DNA of 64,000 nt from Dehalococcoidia bacterium. GTDB taxonomy: Bacteria > Chloroflexota > Dehalococcoidia > Lucifugimonadales > UBA1127. A model generated the notes under the pieces. That model saw only the letters and a list, made by a program, of their open reading frames with translations, was not told where the DNA came from and searched no databases. The DNA is taken from NCBI GenBank assembly GCA_034422455.1, contig DAOUJQ010000013.1, forward strand, positions 17,632-81,631, written 5' to 3'. Positions within the stretch are counted from its first letter, which is position 1. Each line of letters starts with the position of its first letter. Position numbers and translations under genes: made by a program. Of the stretch, positions 15,933 to 24,692 are shown in pieces.

Positions 15933-16324
15933 GGGGATTCGTCTTGCTTTTCGTGTTGAAGCTGAGTTGGCACGTTGCAGATACAACACGGATATTACCC
16001 GAGGGGAAGCGAATCCCGGCCCTTCGACAGGCTCAGGACAGGCTCGGCGTCCGCTTCCCCCACCCCAGCCCTCCCCCACGAGGGGGGAGGGAGAACGGGT
16101 CGCGGCGCGGCTGTGGTGTTGTGGCAGCGGTGCATGGGACGAGGGTAGCGGGCGGGACGGCTTTCGCGCGAGGGGGTGGTGGCAGGGGAGCCCCGCTGCC
16201 GCCCCTCTGGGTTCCTGCCTGCACAGGGCCCTTCGACAGGCTCAGGGTAATCGGAGGGGGCTGGAGCGGCAGCCGCCGTTGGGCGCGGGGTTTCTGGATA
16301 CCGGCATGCGCCGGTATGAGGGGG
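15933..16324 (+). repeat. Composite repeat copy 1: E - D - F - B - D - C
   Basis: E lies at 15933-16017, D-like at 16020-16049, F at 16107-16188, B at 16199-16228, D at 16229-16255 and C at 16289-16324. It is colinear with 20059-20462. Confidence 0.8.
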
Positions 16325-16331
16325 AGGGGGG

Positions 16332-17291
16332 CTAGTAGCCGACGTCCTCCAGGAAGGATGGGTCGTCGCGCCACTCACCCCAGACCTGCACCCACACGTC
16401 GAGGTAGATGGGGCGGCCGAAGAGGTCCTCCATCTGCAGCCGCGCGGCCGTGGCGACCTCCTTCATCGCCGCGCCGCCCTTGCCGATGAGGATGCGCCGC
16501 TGGGTCGGCCGGCTCACGTATACGACCACGCGCAGGTAGTCCTTGGCGCGTTCCTTGCCGTCCGCCTCCAGGAACTCCTCCACCTCGACGGCGGTGTCGT
16601 AGGGGACCTCCTGGCCGAAGCGGCGAAAGAGCTGCTCGCGGACCAGCTCGGAGGCGAGGAAGCGCTCGGAGCGGTCGGTGAGCTCGTCGGCGGCGTACTC
16701 GGGGCCGCGCTGGGGCAGCCGCTCGACGAGCAGGCGCAGCAGCAGGTCCGTGCCGTCGACGTGGAGGGCGCTGATGGGCACGATCTCCAGCGACGGCGCG
16801 ATCTCGTGGTAGGCCTCCATGACGGGCAGCAGCAGGGGCTTGCTCACCTTGTCGATCTTGTTGATGGCGACCACGACGGGCGTGTCTTCCGCCGCGAGGG
16901 CCTTGAGGAGCGACTTCTCCGTTTCGCCGGGCGGCCTGGGCTCGGCGACCAGCAGCGCGAGGTCGGCGGCGATCATCGCCTCCTGCACGTGGCCGAGCAT
17001 GCGGCGGTCGAGGGCGTCACGGGTGCGGCGCATGTAGCCGGGGGTGTCCCAGAAGACGATCTGGTAGTCGTCGTGGGTGAGGATGCCGAGGAGCTGCTGG
17101 CGGGTCGTCTGCGGCCGGGGCGAGGTGATGGCGAGCTTCTCCTGCAGCAGCGTGTTGAGCAGCGTGGACTTGCCGGCGTTGGGCCTGCCGAGGATGGTGA
17201 CGAACCCCATCCTGTGCGCAGGCCGCCTAGGCCTGCGTCCGCGGGGGGAGCGCGTCCCGGCCGCGGCCCGCGTGTCTCCAGCCGACGCCAT
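16332..17291 (-). CDS. era: GTPase Era
   Basis: ORF track, 319 aa. Contains GFVTILGRPNAGKSTLLN (G1), DTPG and NKID, plus a C-terminal KH region. The Arg-rich 27-aa N-terminal extension is uncertain, and ATG 17210 is an alternative start. Confidence 0.9.
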   Translation of the reverse strand: MASAGDTRAAAGTRSPRGRRPRRPAHRMGFVTILGRPNAGKSTLLNTLLQEKLAITSPRPQTTRQQLLGILTHDDYQIVFWDTPGYMRRTRDALDRRMLGHVQEAMIAADLALLVAEPRPPGETEKSLLKALAAEDTPVVVAINKIDKVSKPLLLPVMEAYHEIAPSLEIVPISALHVDGTDLLLRLLVERLPQRGPEYAADELTDRSERFLASELVREQLFRRFGQEVPYDTAVEVEEFLEADGKERAKDYLRVVVYVSRPTQRRILIGKGGAAMKEVATAARLQMEDLFGRPIYLDVWVQVWGEWRDDPSFLEDVGY

Positions 17292-17314
17292 GGCGCGCCC
17301 AGCCGGCGGGCCGG

Positions 17315-17533
17315 CTAGAACTTCTCCCGCTTGAAGTAGGCCACGGTGGTGCCCGACGGGATGCCCAAGTCCTCTTCGTCGGACTCGTCTATGTACTCGG
17401 TCTCGGTGACGGCCACCAGCTCCCAGCCCGCTTCGCCGAGGTCGTTCATGAGCTCCTCGTACCCGGCAACCCTGTCAGCGCCGTCCTCGATCTCGTCGCC
17501 AAGCTCAATGACCCGGTATTCCCACTTCGGCAT
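17315..17533 (-). CDS. DUF4177 domain protein
   Basis: ORF track, 72 aa. MPKWEYRVIEL...AGWELVAV is the usual DUF4177 pattern. Confidence 0.7.
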   Translation of the reverse strand: MPKWEYRVIELGDEIEDGADRVAGYEELMNDLGEAGWELVAVTETEYIDESDEEDLGIPSGTTVAYFKREKF

Positions 17534-17597
17534 TGTTCACCCCTGCGCGTCCGGCGCGAGCCTGCCGCTGTCCTCGCGACGGGCGCTGTTTCGAATC

Positions 17598-18740
17598 CTA
17601 CAAGCTGTTGGCCAGCTGGTAGGCCTTGCCTTCCATCTTTATGTCAGGCGCGTAGACCAGGTCCGTCTGCTGCAGTTCCCGGACGTTGAAGGCCCCCACC
17701 ATTCCCATGCAGGCGCGGAGCGCGCCCGTCAGGTTCATGGTGCCGTCCGTGCGCGACGACGGCCCGAAGAGCACCTCCTTGAGGGTGCCCTTGGTTCCCA
17801 CGCGAATGCGCGTGCCCCGGGGCAGGGCCGGGTCCGGGGTCGCCATGCCCCAGTTGTAGCCGCGGCCGGGCGCTTCCACCGACTGGGCGAAGGGGGTGCC
17901 GAGCATGACGCCGTCGGCGCCGGCGACCATCGACTTGCAGAAGTCGCCGCCGGTGCGGATGCCGCCGTCGGTGATGATCGCCACGTACCGGCCCGTCCGG
18001 TGCAGGTACTCCTCCCTTGCCGCCGCGCAGTCCATCGTCGCGGTGACCTGCGGCACGCCGATGCCGACGACCTCGCGGCTGGTGCACGCAGCGCCGGGGC
18101 CGATGCCCACGAGGACGCCGTGGATGCCGTTCTCCATGAGCTCCAGCGCCACGTCGTAGCCGACGCAGTTGCCGACGATGACAGGGCGGCGGATCTGGTC
18201 GACGAGCTCGGAGAAGATGAGGCCGCGGTAGCTCTTGGAGATATGCCGCGCGGTGGTGACCGTCGACTGCACCACCACGACGTCCGCCCCGGCCTCGACG
18301 GCGATGGGGGCGAGCCGCTTGGCCCGCTGGGGCGTGATGGCGACGGCGCAGGCGACGTCGCCCGCCTTGATCTCCTGCACGCGCTGGGCGACCAGCTCGT
18401 CCTGCACGGGCTGCTGGTACAGGCGCTGCAGGAGCAGCGTCGCTTCTTCGATGGGCGTTTCCGCCACCTCCGCGAGTTTGTCGGCCGCGTCGGGGTAGCG
18501 GGTCCACAGCCCCTCCAGGTTCAGGACGGCCAGCCCGCCGAGCTTGCCCATCTTGACGGCAAAGTCCGGCGAGACGACGGCGTCCATGGCGGACGCCAGC
18601 ACGGGGATGGGGAAGCGGTGCTCACCAATGGTCAGACCCATATCTGCTTGCTCCGGGTTGATGGTCACCTGGCCGGGGACAATGGCCACCTCATCGAACC
18701 CGTAGCTACGGCGGACCTCCTTGAAATGGGGAACCCCCAT
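17598..18740 (-). CDS. GuaB3-type IMP dehydrogenase-related protein (no CBS pair)
   Basis: ORF 17598-18785 trimmed to ATG 18740, which follows GGAGAAAGGAAG. Contains RRSYGFDEVAIVPGQ...SAMDAVVSP...GIGPGAACTSREV. Confidence 0.85.
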   Translation of the reverse strand: MGVPHFKEVRRSYGFDEVAIVPGQVTINPEQADMGLTIGEHRFPIPVLASAMDAVVSPDFAVKMGKLGGLAVLNLEGLWTRYPDAADKLAEVAETPIEEATLLLQRLYQQPVQDELVAQRVQEIKAGDVACAVAITPQRAKRLAPIAVEAGADVVVVQSTVTTARHISKSYRGLIFSELVDQIRRPVIVGNCVGYDVALELMENGIHGVLVGIGPGAACTSREVVGIGVPQVTATMDCAAAREEYLHRTGRYVAIITDGGIRTGGDFCKSMVAGADGVMLGTPFAQSVEAPGRGYNWGMATPDPALPRGTRIRVGTKGTLKEVLFGPSSRTDGTMNLTGALRACMGMVGAFNVRELQQTDLVYAPDIKMEGKAYQLANSL

Positions 18741-18896
18741 AGGCCACTTCCTTTCTCCGGCGAATGATTTCGGGGAGTCTAGCAACGGGGTTTTTCGCCG
18801 TCAATTTGCTTTGCGTGCGCTTCCGGAGCACTTTTGAGCAGCGGCACGGCACCGGCCATGGTCCGCTTGGCAACCATCAGCCCGGCCCGTTCCGAG

Positions 18897-18971
18897 GAAC
18901 CCTTCGACAGGCTCAGGGCGAACGGGCCCTCCCCACACGCCTGGATATCGGCATCCGCCGGTATGGCGGGG
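18897..18971. repeat. Modules D + C
   Basis: GAACCCTTCGACAGGCTCAGGGCGAACGGG and CCTGGATATCGGCATCCGCCGGTATGGCGGGG. The C-to-T change in the C stem gives a G-U pair. Confidence 0.8.
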
Positions 18972-19064
18972 TGGGCGGCAAAAGTCAGGGGCCTGTCAAC
19001 AGGACAGGCCCCTTGCGCATTTGCCTTTGCCGCCATATGTGCTTTCGGCATTCCCATGGCGGGC

Positions 19065-19829
19065 TTACTCTCCCACCACCGGGTTTCGGAGCGTCCCGAT
19101 GCCCGGGATCTCCACCTCCACAACGTCGCCCGGATGCAGCTCGCTGGTCTGCCCCGGCGTGCCGGAATAGATGACGTCGCCCGGGTCCAGGGTGACGTAG
19201 CGGCTGATCTCGCTGATGACCGTGGGGATGTCGAAGATCAGGTCCTCGGCGTGGGCGTGGTTGTGCGTCTTCTCGCCGTTGACGGAGACCTGGATGGTGA
19301 AGTCGAAGGGGTCGATGTCGGTGTCGATGACCGGCCCCAACGGCCCGAAGGTGTCGGCGCCCTTGGCCCGCCACCACTGCATGTCCTTCTCCGGCCCGTT
19401 CTGCCAGTCACGCGCGCTCACGTCATTGCCGATGGTGTAGCCGAGCACGTAGTCCAGCGCCTCCTCTTTGGAGACCTTGCTGCACGTCTTGCCGATGACC
19501 ACCACCAGCTCGCCCTCCTCGTCCACGCGCCCCGCGCCGTCGGGCAGCACGATGTTCTCGCCGTCGGCGATGATGCAGTTGTGGGGCTTGTAGAAGCCCT
19601 CGACGCGCTTGGGCGCGGGCCGCTCGCCCAGGTGGGTGCTGTAGTTGAGGGCGATGGCGATGACCTTGCCGGGGTGGACCGGCGCGAGGATCTGGACCTC
19701 GTCCAGCGTGTGCGTGTGGTCGGTGATTTCGTATTCCTCGAAGGGCGACGTGGTGAGCTGAAACACCCTGCCGTCCTCGACCACGCCGTAGGCGACCTCG
19801 CCGTGGGCGTAGTACCTGGCGAACTGCAT
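19065..19829 (-). CDS. Fumarylacetoacetate hydrolase (FAH) family protein
   Basis: ORF track, 254 aa. Contains EGELVVVIGK...VLGYTIGNDVSARDWQ...GTPGQTSELHPGDVVEVEIPGIG. Confidence 0.9.
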   Translation of the reverse strand: MQFARYYAHGEVAYGVVEDGRVFQLTTSPFEEYEITDHTHTLDEVQILAPVHPGKVIAIALNYSTHLGERPAPKRVEGFYKPHNCIIADGENIVLPDGAGRVDEEGELVVVIGKTCSKVSKEEALDYVLGYTIGNDVSARDWQNGPEKDMQWWRAKGADTFGPLGPVIDTDIDPFDFTIQVSVNGEKTHNHAHAEDLIFDIPTVISEISRYVTLDPGDVIYSGTPGQTSELHPGDVVEVEIPGIGTLRNPVVGE

Positions 19830-19963
19830 ATACCCTCCTTATCGTCTATGCGTGGATATGTTGCAGAAGAGTATAACGAATTTCGTTACGCTGCCCAAGG
19901 GGGATTTTGGAGCAATTTCCGGCGAATGCCCGCCGGATGCTGGGCCGGCCGCCCTCCCTGTGG

Positions 19964-20003
19964 CCCCGCCCCTCTGGGTTCCTGCCTTCGCAGGAACGAC
20001 GAG
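19964..20003. repeat. Module B
   Basis: CCCCGCCCCTCTGGGTTCCTGCCTTCGCAGGAACGACGAG. Confidence 0.85.
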
Positions 20004-20058
20004 AACGGGGTTGGGGGGTGTGCGGGGCCGAATTGATTCCCGCGTCCGGTGTAGCTGC

Positions 20059-20462
20059 GGAGAATTGTTTTGTTTTTCGTGTTGAAGCTGCGTTGGCACG
20101 TTGTAGATACAAGACGAAAATTTTTTCATCCGGGGGGAACAATTCCCGGCCATCGGACATGGGGCCATACACGGCGGGGCGGTTGTGGTGTTGTGGTGGC
20201 GGTGCATGGGGTGAGGGTAGCGGAGAGGACGGCGTTCGCGCGAGGGGGTGGTGGCAGGGGGGTGCCCGTTCATCCTTCGATTTCCCTCAGGACGAACGGG
20301 GGAGGTTGGGGTCGCGAGCGTGTTCCGTCGCGGGGTTGCCCCGCCGCCGCCCTGCCCCTCTGGGCCCCTGCCTGCGCAGGGGCGACGAGAGGAGAGTTGG
20401 GCATTGCAGCCGCTGTTGGGTGCAGGGTTTCTGGATACCGGCATCCGCCGGTATGAAGGGGA
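20059..20462 (+). repeat. Composite repeat copy 2: E - F - A - B' - C
   Basis: E lies at 20059-20147, F at 20179-20261, A at 20266-20299, B' at 20355-20387 and C at 20425-20462. Confidence 0.8.
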
Positions 20463-20491
20463 GGAGCCGTAGAGGAACGGATTTGGCGCGG

Positions 20492-21148
20492 CTAGATCCC
20501 CGTGATGCGAATGGAGGAGTGGGCCTTGTAGATCCGGTTGATGTTGATGAGGAGCGACGTCAGGTGCTCGACGTAGCGGGAGTTGACCAGCGCGCCGCCG
20601 TCGACGGCCCGCACGCCCTTGATCGACTCCGCCAGCGCCATCACCTTTTGCTTGGCCTCACGGTCGTCGCCGCAGACCACCACGTCGCACTCGAGGGGAC
20701 GCAGGGGGATCAGCAGGTCTATGGCGCTGAGGTTATGGAAGGCGCCGACGACGGACGATTCCGGCAGCAGGTCGCGCGCCTCCTCGGCGGCGGACCCCGC
20801 CTCGACGGGCAGGGCCTGCGCGGAGCCCTTCGAGAACACCAGGGGTGCGACCACGTTGACGATGACCTTGCCGCGCAGGTGCGGTTCGAGGTCCGTGAGG
20901 GTGTCCCACTGCGCCGAGTACGGGACGGCGATGAACACGATGTCGCCCATGCGCGCGGCCTGCTCATTGTCGCCGCCGAGGACCGTTTGGGCCGGGTACG
21001 TTCCGGGCAGCAGCGCCCTCACATCGTCGGCGGCGGCCGTGCCCCGCTGCGGGTCCCGCGACCCGAGGAAGACCTGCTCGCCGACGATGGCGAACCGCAG
21101 GGCGAGTCCTCTTCCCTCAGGCCCCGTCCCGCCGATGAACGAGATCAT
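20492..21148 (-). CDS. NADPH-dependent F420 reductase (NpdG/FNO-like)
   Basis: Only the 3' part of ORF 20492-22252 is coding. The start is ATG 21148 (MISFIGGTGPEGRGLALRFA), which follows GGAGGATTGGAAGG. Rossmann motif is GGTGxxG. Confidence 0.85.
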   Translation of the reverse strand: MISFIGGTGPEGRGLALRFAIVGEQVFLGSRDPQRGTAAADDVRALLPGTYPAQTVLGGDNEQAARMGDIVFIAVPYSAQWDTLTDLEPHLRGKVIVNVVAPLVFSKGSAQALPVEAGSAAEEARDLLPESSVVGAFHNLSAIDLLIPLRPLECDVVVCGDDREAKQKVMALAESIKGVRAVDGGALVNSRYVEHLTSLLININRIYKAHSSIRITGI

Positions 21149-21346
21149 TCCGCCTTCCAATCCTCCGTTGTCAGCCATATCGGCCGTATAACCAGCATAG
21201 CAGGTTTTTTGTTCGCTATTTTCGTGATAAAGCAAAAACCAACGCCCGGCCTTGCGGGCCTCGAAGATTCTCCCAACTTCCAATGCAATGCGTTGACAGC
21301 TCCCTGGCCACCGTGGAACGCCAATCCGGCACGTGGGCGGTATGGT

Positions 21347-22312
21347 ATGCTGCCAAACATGGACCGGGCGGTTACGGCAAGAGACGCGCTTGTTCGACGT
21401 TCGATGCTTGTGGTGTCGCCGCTGGACGCGGAGGCCGTCGCCCGCGCCGCAACGTCGGGAGCAGACGCCATCGTCATCGAGCTTGCGCGGGGCCCCGCCG
21501 CCCACCGGCGCGGGGAGGCCCGCGCGGCCCTGCGCGAGACCGTCTTGCCGGCCCTCGCAGGCTGCTCGTCCGACGTGCTCCTCTGGACGGACCCGGACGG
21601 CATAGCAGACGACCTCGACGGCTGCGATGTCGTCGGACTCGCAGGCGTTGTCGTGTCCCTTGACGCACCGCAAGCCGTCGCCCCCATCGACGCCGCACTG
21701 GCGCGGTTTGAGGCGGCGCACGGCCTCGCGCCCGGCTCGTTGGGCATCGAGGTCGCGGTATCTTCGGTTACGGCATTCCACGCCTGGTGCGCAGCCGCCG
21801 CCGCAGGCGAGCGTATCGCAGCGCTGGTCCTCGACGAGCAGAACGTTACCCGGAACCCGGCCCTTTCGGCGCGGGCGCGGGAGGACCTGGCCGCCTACTG
21901 CCGCGGCGCGCTCGTGGTCAGCGCCAGGAGGCTCGGCATTCAGGCTCACGGGTCGGCGCCGTCCGGCACGGGCGTGCTCGCCGCGGCATACGCAACCGCC
22001 GCCCGGCGCATGGGGCTCCGGGGCGCCCTGTGCGCCGACCCGGCGGCTGTCCCGATGCTCAACGTGGCTTTCAGCCCCAGCGCAGACGAGGTGGAATCGG
22101 CGCGGCGCACATTGGACGCCATGGACGCCGCAGTCGCGGAGGGACGCGGCGCGATCAGCGCCTCGGCGGGCACGATGGCGGACCTCGCGAACGTGCGCCA
22201 GGCCCAGGCCGTCGTCGACCGGGCGGAGGCCATCCAGCTTCGCAACGCTCACCGCGAAGCCGCCGGCGGCGCTTCACCACCGGCGGAAGGGAGCGTATCC
22301 CGGTGGCCCTAG
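21347..22312 (+). CDS. CitE/HpcH-HpaI aldolase-lyase family protein, divergent paralog 1
   Basis: This is the 3' part of ORF 19907-22312, from ATG 21347. RRSMLVVSPLD...GADAIVIELARG aligns by eye with RRSLLFTPVN...ADVVVLDLEDS of the canonical paralog at 23706. The DLED and xxES/ETAxG acidic positions are replaced. Confidence 0.65.
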   Translation: MLPNMDRAVTARDALVRRSMLVVSPLDAEAVARAATSGADAIVIELARGPAAHRRGEARAALRETVLPALAGCSSDVLLWTDPDGIADDLDGCDVVGLAGVVVSLDAPQAVAPIDAALARFEAAHGLAPGSLGIEVAVSSVTAFHAWCAAAAAGERIAALVLDEQNVTRNPALSARAREDLAAYCRGALVVSARRLGIQAHGSAPSGTGVLAAAYATAARRMGLRGALCADPAAVPMLNVAFSPSADEVESARRTLDAMDAAVAEGRGAISASAGTMADLANVRQAQAVVDRAEAIQLRNAHREAAGGASPPAEGSVSRWP

Positions 22313-23697
22313 CCGACTACCTCCAACCCGGCGAACGCGTCGCGGCCGAGTGCGGTCGCGTCGTGGTCACCAATTCCCGGCTGATCAACTACAACCCGCG
22401 CTCCAGCGGGCTGGCGTTCCGGGACTTTCCCTACACCGCCGTGGCCGGGCTCAGGCTGATCCAGCGGCCGCGCTACACAACCGTGGTCCTGGGCGCCCTG
22501 ATCGCCGTGCTGAGCCTCCTTGCCGGGCCCGGCACGCCGCTTCAGCTCATCGCGGGCGGCATCGGCCTGGCGGCGGTCCTGCTGGGACTTGTGTTCGGCG
22601 AGCTGTCGCTGGAGATATCGACGCAGACCGGCGGCAGGAAGCCCTTCCGCTGGCAGCTCAGGGAGGTGGGCCGCCGCGAGAGCGAAGATCTGGTCACCGT
22701 CGCCCGCGACGCCATGCGCGGCGGCTATGACCCCATGCCGGCAGCCCAACCGACCCCCCTTGCGGCCGGGGGCCTAGGAAGGTCGGTCCTGCTCGTTCCC
22801 GCCGACCGGTCGGACCTCGCGCTGGAAGCCCTGGGCGGCGACGCCGACGTGGTGTGCCTCGACCTGACGACGCTGGTGCACCCGTCCCGGCGCGCGGCGG
22901 CACGAGAGATCGCCGCGAGGACGATCCCCGTGGCCCACCGCGCCCGCCGCCGCGCCTGGGCCCGCGTCGGCGCGGACGGGACCGCCGACGACCTCGCCGC
23001 CTGCGTGTGGCCGGGCCTGACCGCCGTGGCGCTCGCCGCCGAGTCGTCCGGCGACGTGCTCCGGCTCGCGGCGCACCTGAACGCGCTGGAGGCTGAGCGG
23101 GGCGTTCCGGAGCCCGTGCGCATCGTCGTTGTGGTGGAGACGGCCGCGGGGGCGCTGGCCCTGCGGGAGACGCTTAGCGCGAGCACGCGGGTCTGCGCGG
23201 CCATCGTCGCCACCCACGACGCCCTCGACCTGCCCGGCAAACCGGACGCCCGCTCGACGTGGACGTCGCTTGTGCCGCCGGCGCTACCCGACGCGGCGCA
23301 CCTGCGCGGGCGAATCGCCGCGGCCGCGGAGGAAACCGGCGTGCCGCTCTACGCGAGCCTTGCGACGGGCATAGCGCCCGGGGGTCTCGCCGAGGCGCTT
23401 GGCGATGACGCCGCCGACCGGCTCACCGACGCGGCGATCGTGGCACGGGCCAACGGGCACCGGGGCGCCGTCACGCTCCACGCCGAGGGCGTCGCGTCGT
23501 GCAACGCCGTCTTCCCGGCGGTTCTTCCGGTCAGCGCGCCCGCGGCAACGCCGTTGCCCACCGAGTACCAACCGGTCATCCCGTCGCACTTCGGCATTGG
23601 CGTGCCGCCGCAGCCTCCGGCGGAGCCTGCCGCCGCCCAGAACGGCGACAGCGGTGTCGCCGACGTTCACCAAGCCGGCAAGGAAGAGGAGACCTAG
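22303..23697 (+). CDS. PH-like domain + 2 TM segments fused to a CitE-like domain, divergent paralog 2
   Basis: This is the 3' part of ORF 21787-23697. GTG 22303 overlaps the upstream stop and GGAAGGGAG lies 10 nt upstream. The N-terminus DYLQPGERV...VVVTNSRLINY is followed by two hydrophobic helices. The C-terminal domain reads GRSVLLVPADR...DVVCLDLTTLV...VVVETAAG. Confidence 0.55.
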   Translation: MALADYLQPGERVAAECGRVVVTNSRLINYNPRSSGLAFRDFPYTAVAGLRLIQRPRYTTVVLGALIAVLSLLAGPGTPLQLIAGGIGLAAVLLGLVFGELSLEISTQTGGRKPFRWQLREVGRRESEDLVTVARDAMRGGYDPMPAAQPTPLAAGGLGRSVLLVPADRSDLALEALGGDADVVCLDLTTLVHPSRRAAAREIAARTIPVAHRARRRAWARVGADGTADDLAACVWPGLTAVALAAESSGDVLRLAAHLNALEAERGVPEPVRIVVVVETAAGALALRETLSASTRVCAAIVATHDALDLPGKPDARSTWTSLVPPALPDAAHLRGRIAAAAEETGVPLYASLATGIAPGGLAEALGDDAADRLTDAAIVARANGHRGAVTLHAEGVASCNAVFPAVLPVSAPAATPLPTEYQPVIPSHFGIGVPPQPPAEPAAAQNGDSGVADVHQAGKEEET

Positions 23698-23705
23698 AGA
23701 CCGCC

Positions 23706-24668
23706 ATGCCGCCTGTCAGACGCTCGCTGCTGTTCACGCCGGTCAACGTGCGCCGATTCGTCGAGGGCGCGTGGCGGCACTCGGCCGACGTGGTCGTGCT
23801 GGACCTGGAGGACTCGGTCGCGCCGGAGGAGAAGCCCGCCGCCCGCGCGATGGTTCGCGAGGCCATCGACCTCGTGCAGCGGGGCGGGTCGGAGGCCGCC
23901 CTGCGCGTCAACCACGACGCCGTTGAGTCGGACTGCGAGGCGGGCGTGTGGCCGGGGCTGTGCGCCATCGTCCTCCCAAAGGCGGACACAGCGGAGCAGG
24001 TCCGGCACCTGGACGCCGTGCTCTCCCGGCTGGAGGCAGCGCGCGGCATGCCCGCGGGAGGCGTCGAAATCATGCCCATGATCGAGTCGGCCGAGGGCGT
24101 GCGGAACGCCCACGCAGTCGCCGCGGCCAGCCTGCGCGTCAAGTCGTTCGGCGTGCTGGGCGAGGCCGACCTGACGGCGGACCTCGGCATTGCGTTCCAG
24201 GACCTGCACGAGGCCGACGTCCTGGCATACCCCCGCGCCGAGGTGGGGCTGGCCGCGCGGGCGCTGGGCCTCACGGTGAACGGCCGCGCGTGGACGCCCG
24301 GACGCTCCACCATCGCGGACTACGGCGACGCAGCCGGCATGGAGCGCTCCATGCGGGCGTCATGGGAAGCCGGCTGCCGCAGCTCGTTCTGCGTGCACCC
24401 CGCGCAGGTCGCCGCCGCCAACCGGGGGCTGCGGCCGTCGCAGGCCAACGTCGTGCGGTGCGCCGAGGCCATCCGGGCCTTCACGGATGCGCAGCAACGG
24501 GGCCTGCCCTACGGCGTCCTGCAGGGCGTCATGATCGACCTGAAGATCGCTCGCGCCGCAACGGCCGCCATCGGCTACGCGCTGGACTGCGCCGCCAGGG
24601 ACGCGGCCAAGCTGCTGCGGCGGCGAGAAATGGAGCGGGAGTTGGAGGGGAAGGATTTGACTCGCTAG
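23706..24668 (+). CDS. CitE-like (citryl/malyl/beta-methylmalyl-CoA lyase family) protein, canonical paralog 3
   Basis: ORF 23499-24668 trimmed to ATG 23706, which follows AAGGAAGAGGAG. Contains RRSLLFTPV...VLDLEDSV...MPMIESAEG...GEADLTADLG. Confidence 0.8.
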   Translation: MPPVRRSLLFTPVNVRRFVEGAWRHSADVVVLDLEDSVAPEEKPAARAMVREAIDLVQRGGSEAALRVNHDAVESDCEAGVWPGLCAIVLPKADTAEQVRHLDAVLSRLEAARGMPAGGVEIMPMIESAEGVRNAHAVAAASLRVKSFGVLGEADLTADLGIAFQDLHEADVLAYPRAEVGLAARALGLTVNGRAWTPGRSTIADYGDAAGMERSMRASWEAGCRSSFCVHPAQVAAANRGLRPSQANVVRCAEAIRAFTDAQQRGLPYGVLQGVMIDLKIARAATAAIGYALDCAARDAAKLLRRREMERELEGKDLTR

Positions 24669-24692
24669 CGCAATCGTTTACCATGGGAGTAC

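Noticed and set aside
15968-15980. A sigma-54-like string, TGGCACGTTGCAG, inside element E.
   Set aside because: The GG and GC dinucleotides are only 8 nt apart instead of the required 10. No enhancer-binding-protein context is present.
17210-17291. An Arg-rich 27-aa N-terminal extension of Era.
   Set aside because: This is not rejected outright. The extension may be real or the start may be ATG 17210. There is no decisive RBS for either, so the longer ORF is reported with this caveat.
19907-21346. The N-terminal 480 codons of the 801-aa ORF 19907-22312, and likewise 20492-22252 upstream of 21148 on the minus strand.
   Set aside because: The 5' parts run through repeat modules B, E, F, A and C and through the antisense of the F420 reductase gene. 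Only the 3' parts (21347-22312 and 20492-21148) show family motifs and proper RBS/start contexts.
22714-23697. Treating the CitE-like domain of 22303-23697 as a separate gene starting at ATG 22714.
   Set aside because: No stop separates it from the upstream PH-like/TM region in the same frame, and no RBS precedes 22714. I kept one fused ORF, but the alternative cannot be excluded.
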